DNA of 64,000 nt from Camelus ferus. Its lineage: Eukaryota. Numbering within the stretch: the stretch's first letter is position 1; every line of letters starts with the position of its first letter. The position numbers and the translations under genes were made by a program. The stretch spans positions 72,418,001-72,482,000 of the forward strand of contig NC_045697.1 in the NCBI RefSeq assembly GCF_009834535.1. The letters run 5' to 3'. Below the pieces are notes generated by a model. That model ran no database searches. It had not been told where the DNA came from and was given only the letters and a program-made list of their open reading frames with translations. Below are positions 63,501 through 64,000 of this stretch, piece by piece.

Positions 63501-64000
63501 ATCTTGGATGAAAATGGAAGCCTGTGCACTTCAGGATAGCAGGGACCATATCTGGTTTTACCCTTGATCTACATAGTAAATGGCAGGCACTCAATAAATA
63601 TTTGTGGGATGAACACTGAGTGAATTGAGAATTAAAAAAACACCATATACTCAAAATGACAACAAAAACAATATTCTGAATGGTTAACAAGAAGGGCATC
63701 TTTATTATAGAAGGGTAAGAGATTCTAACACCAAGAATAGGTGTTTCAAACACATAAAAAGGAAACAAATTATAAATGAACAAGATCCTTAATGATTATG
63801 CTGCAAAGACAATTAAGAAATTAACAGGACAGTTTAGAAAAAAGTTCTGCTCCCATAGAACAAAAACTTAAAGAGTGGAAGTTTTTAAAAACTAGGGCTC
63901 TGGCTAAGATAGATTTTTGGCATAACTTTAACGGGGGAAGTTGAAAAGGAAAAACCAAATACTTAAGTAATCAGAAGAAGACTGGGCAGAATACATGGGC

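Overview
Mammalian genomic DNA, most likely camelid (two tRNA-Ala-derived SINEs resembling the camelid vic-1 family), from the CISD2 / SLC9B1 locus. The + strand carries CISD2 coding exons 2 and 3 (7874-8088, 9436-9525; exon 1 lies upstream of the window) and a long 3' UTR. The - strand carries all 11 coding exons of an intact SLC9B1 (NHA1) Na+/H+ antiporter (58801 down to 26592; 1539 nt, 512 aa, all GT-AG introns, phases consistent). Between the convergent genes lie a 5'-truncated PABPC1 processed pseudogene, a decayed ERVL pol region, solo LTRs and L1 remnants. The introns are rich in L1, MIR, L2, MaLR and hAT elements, including one deeply nested insertion. The most notable signal is a strong - strand splice acceptor inside CISD2 coding exon 2 that could serve as an alternative last exon of SLC9B1, so the same bases would code on both strands. 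I found no support for a wholly novel multi-gene system. Most ORF-track entries are chance or repeat-derived. Repeat family names are recognised from memory and repeat boundaries are approximate. SLC9B1 exon numbers follow the human model (non-coding exon 1 not identified here).
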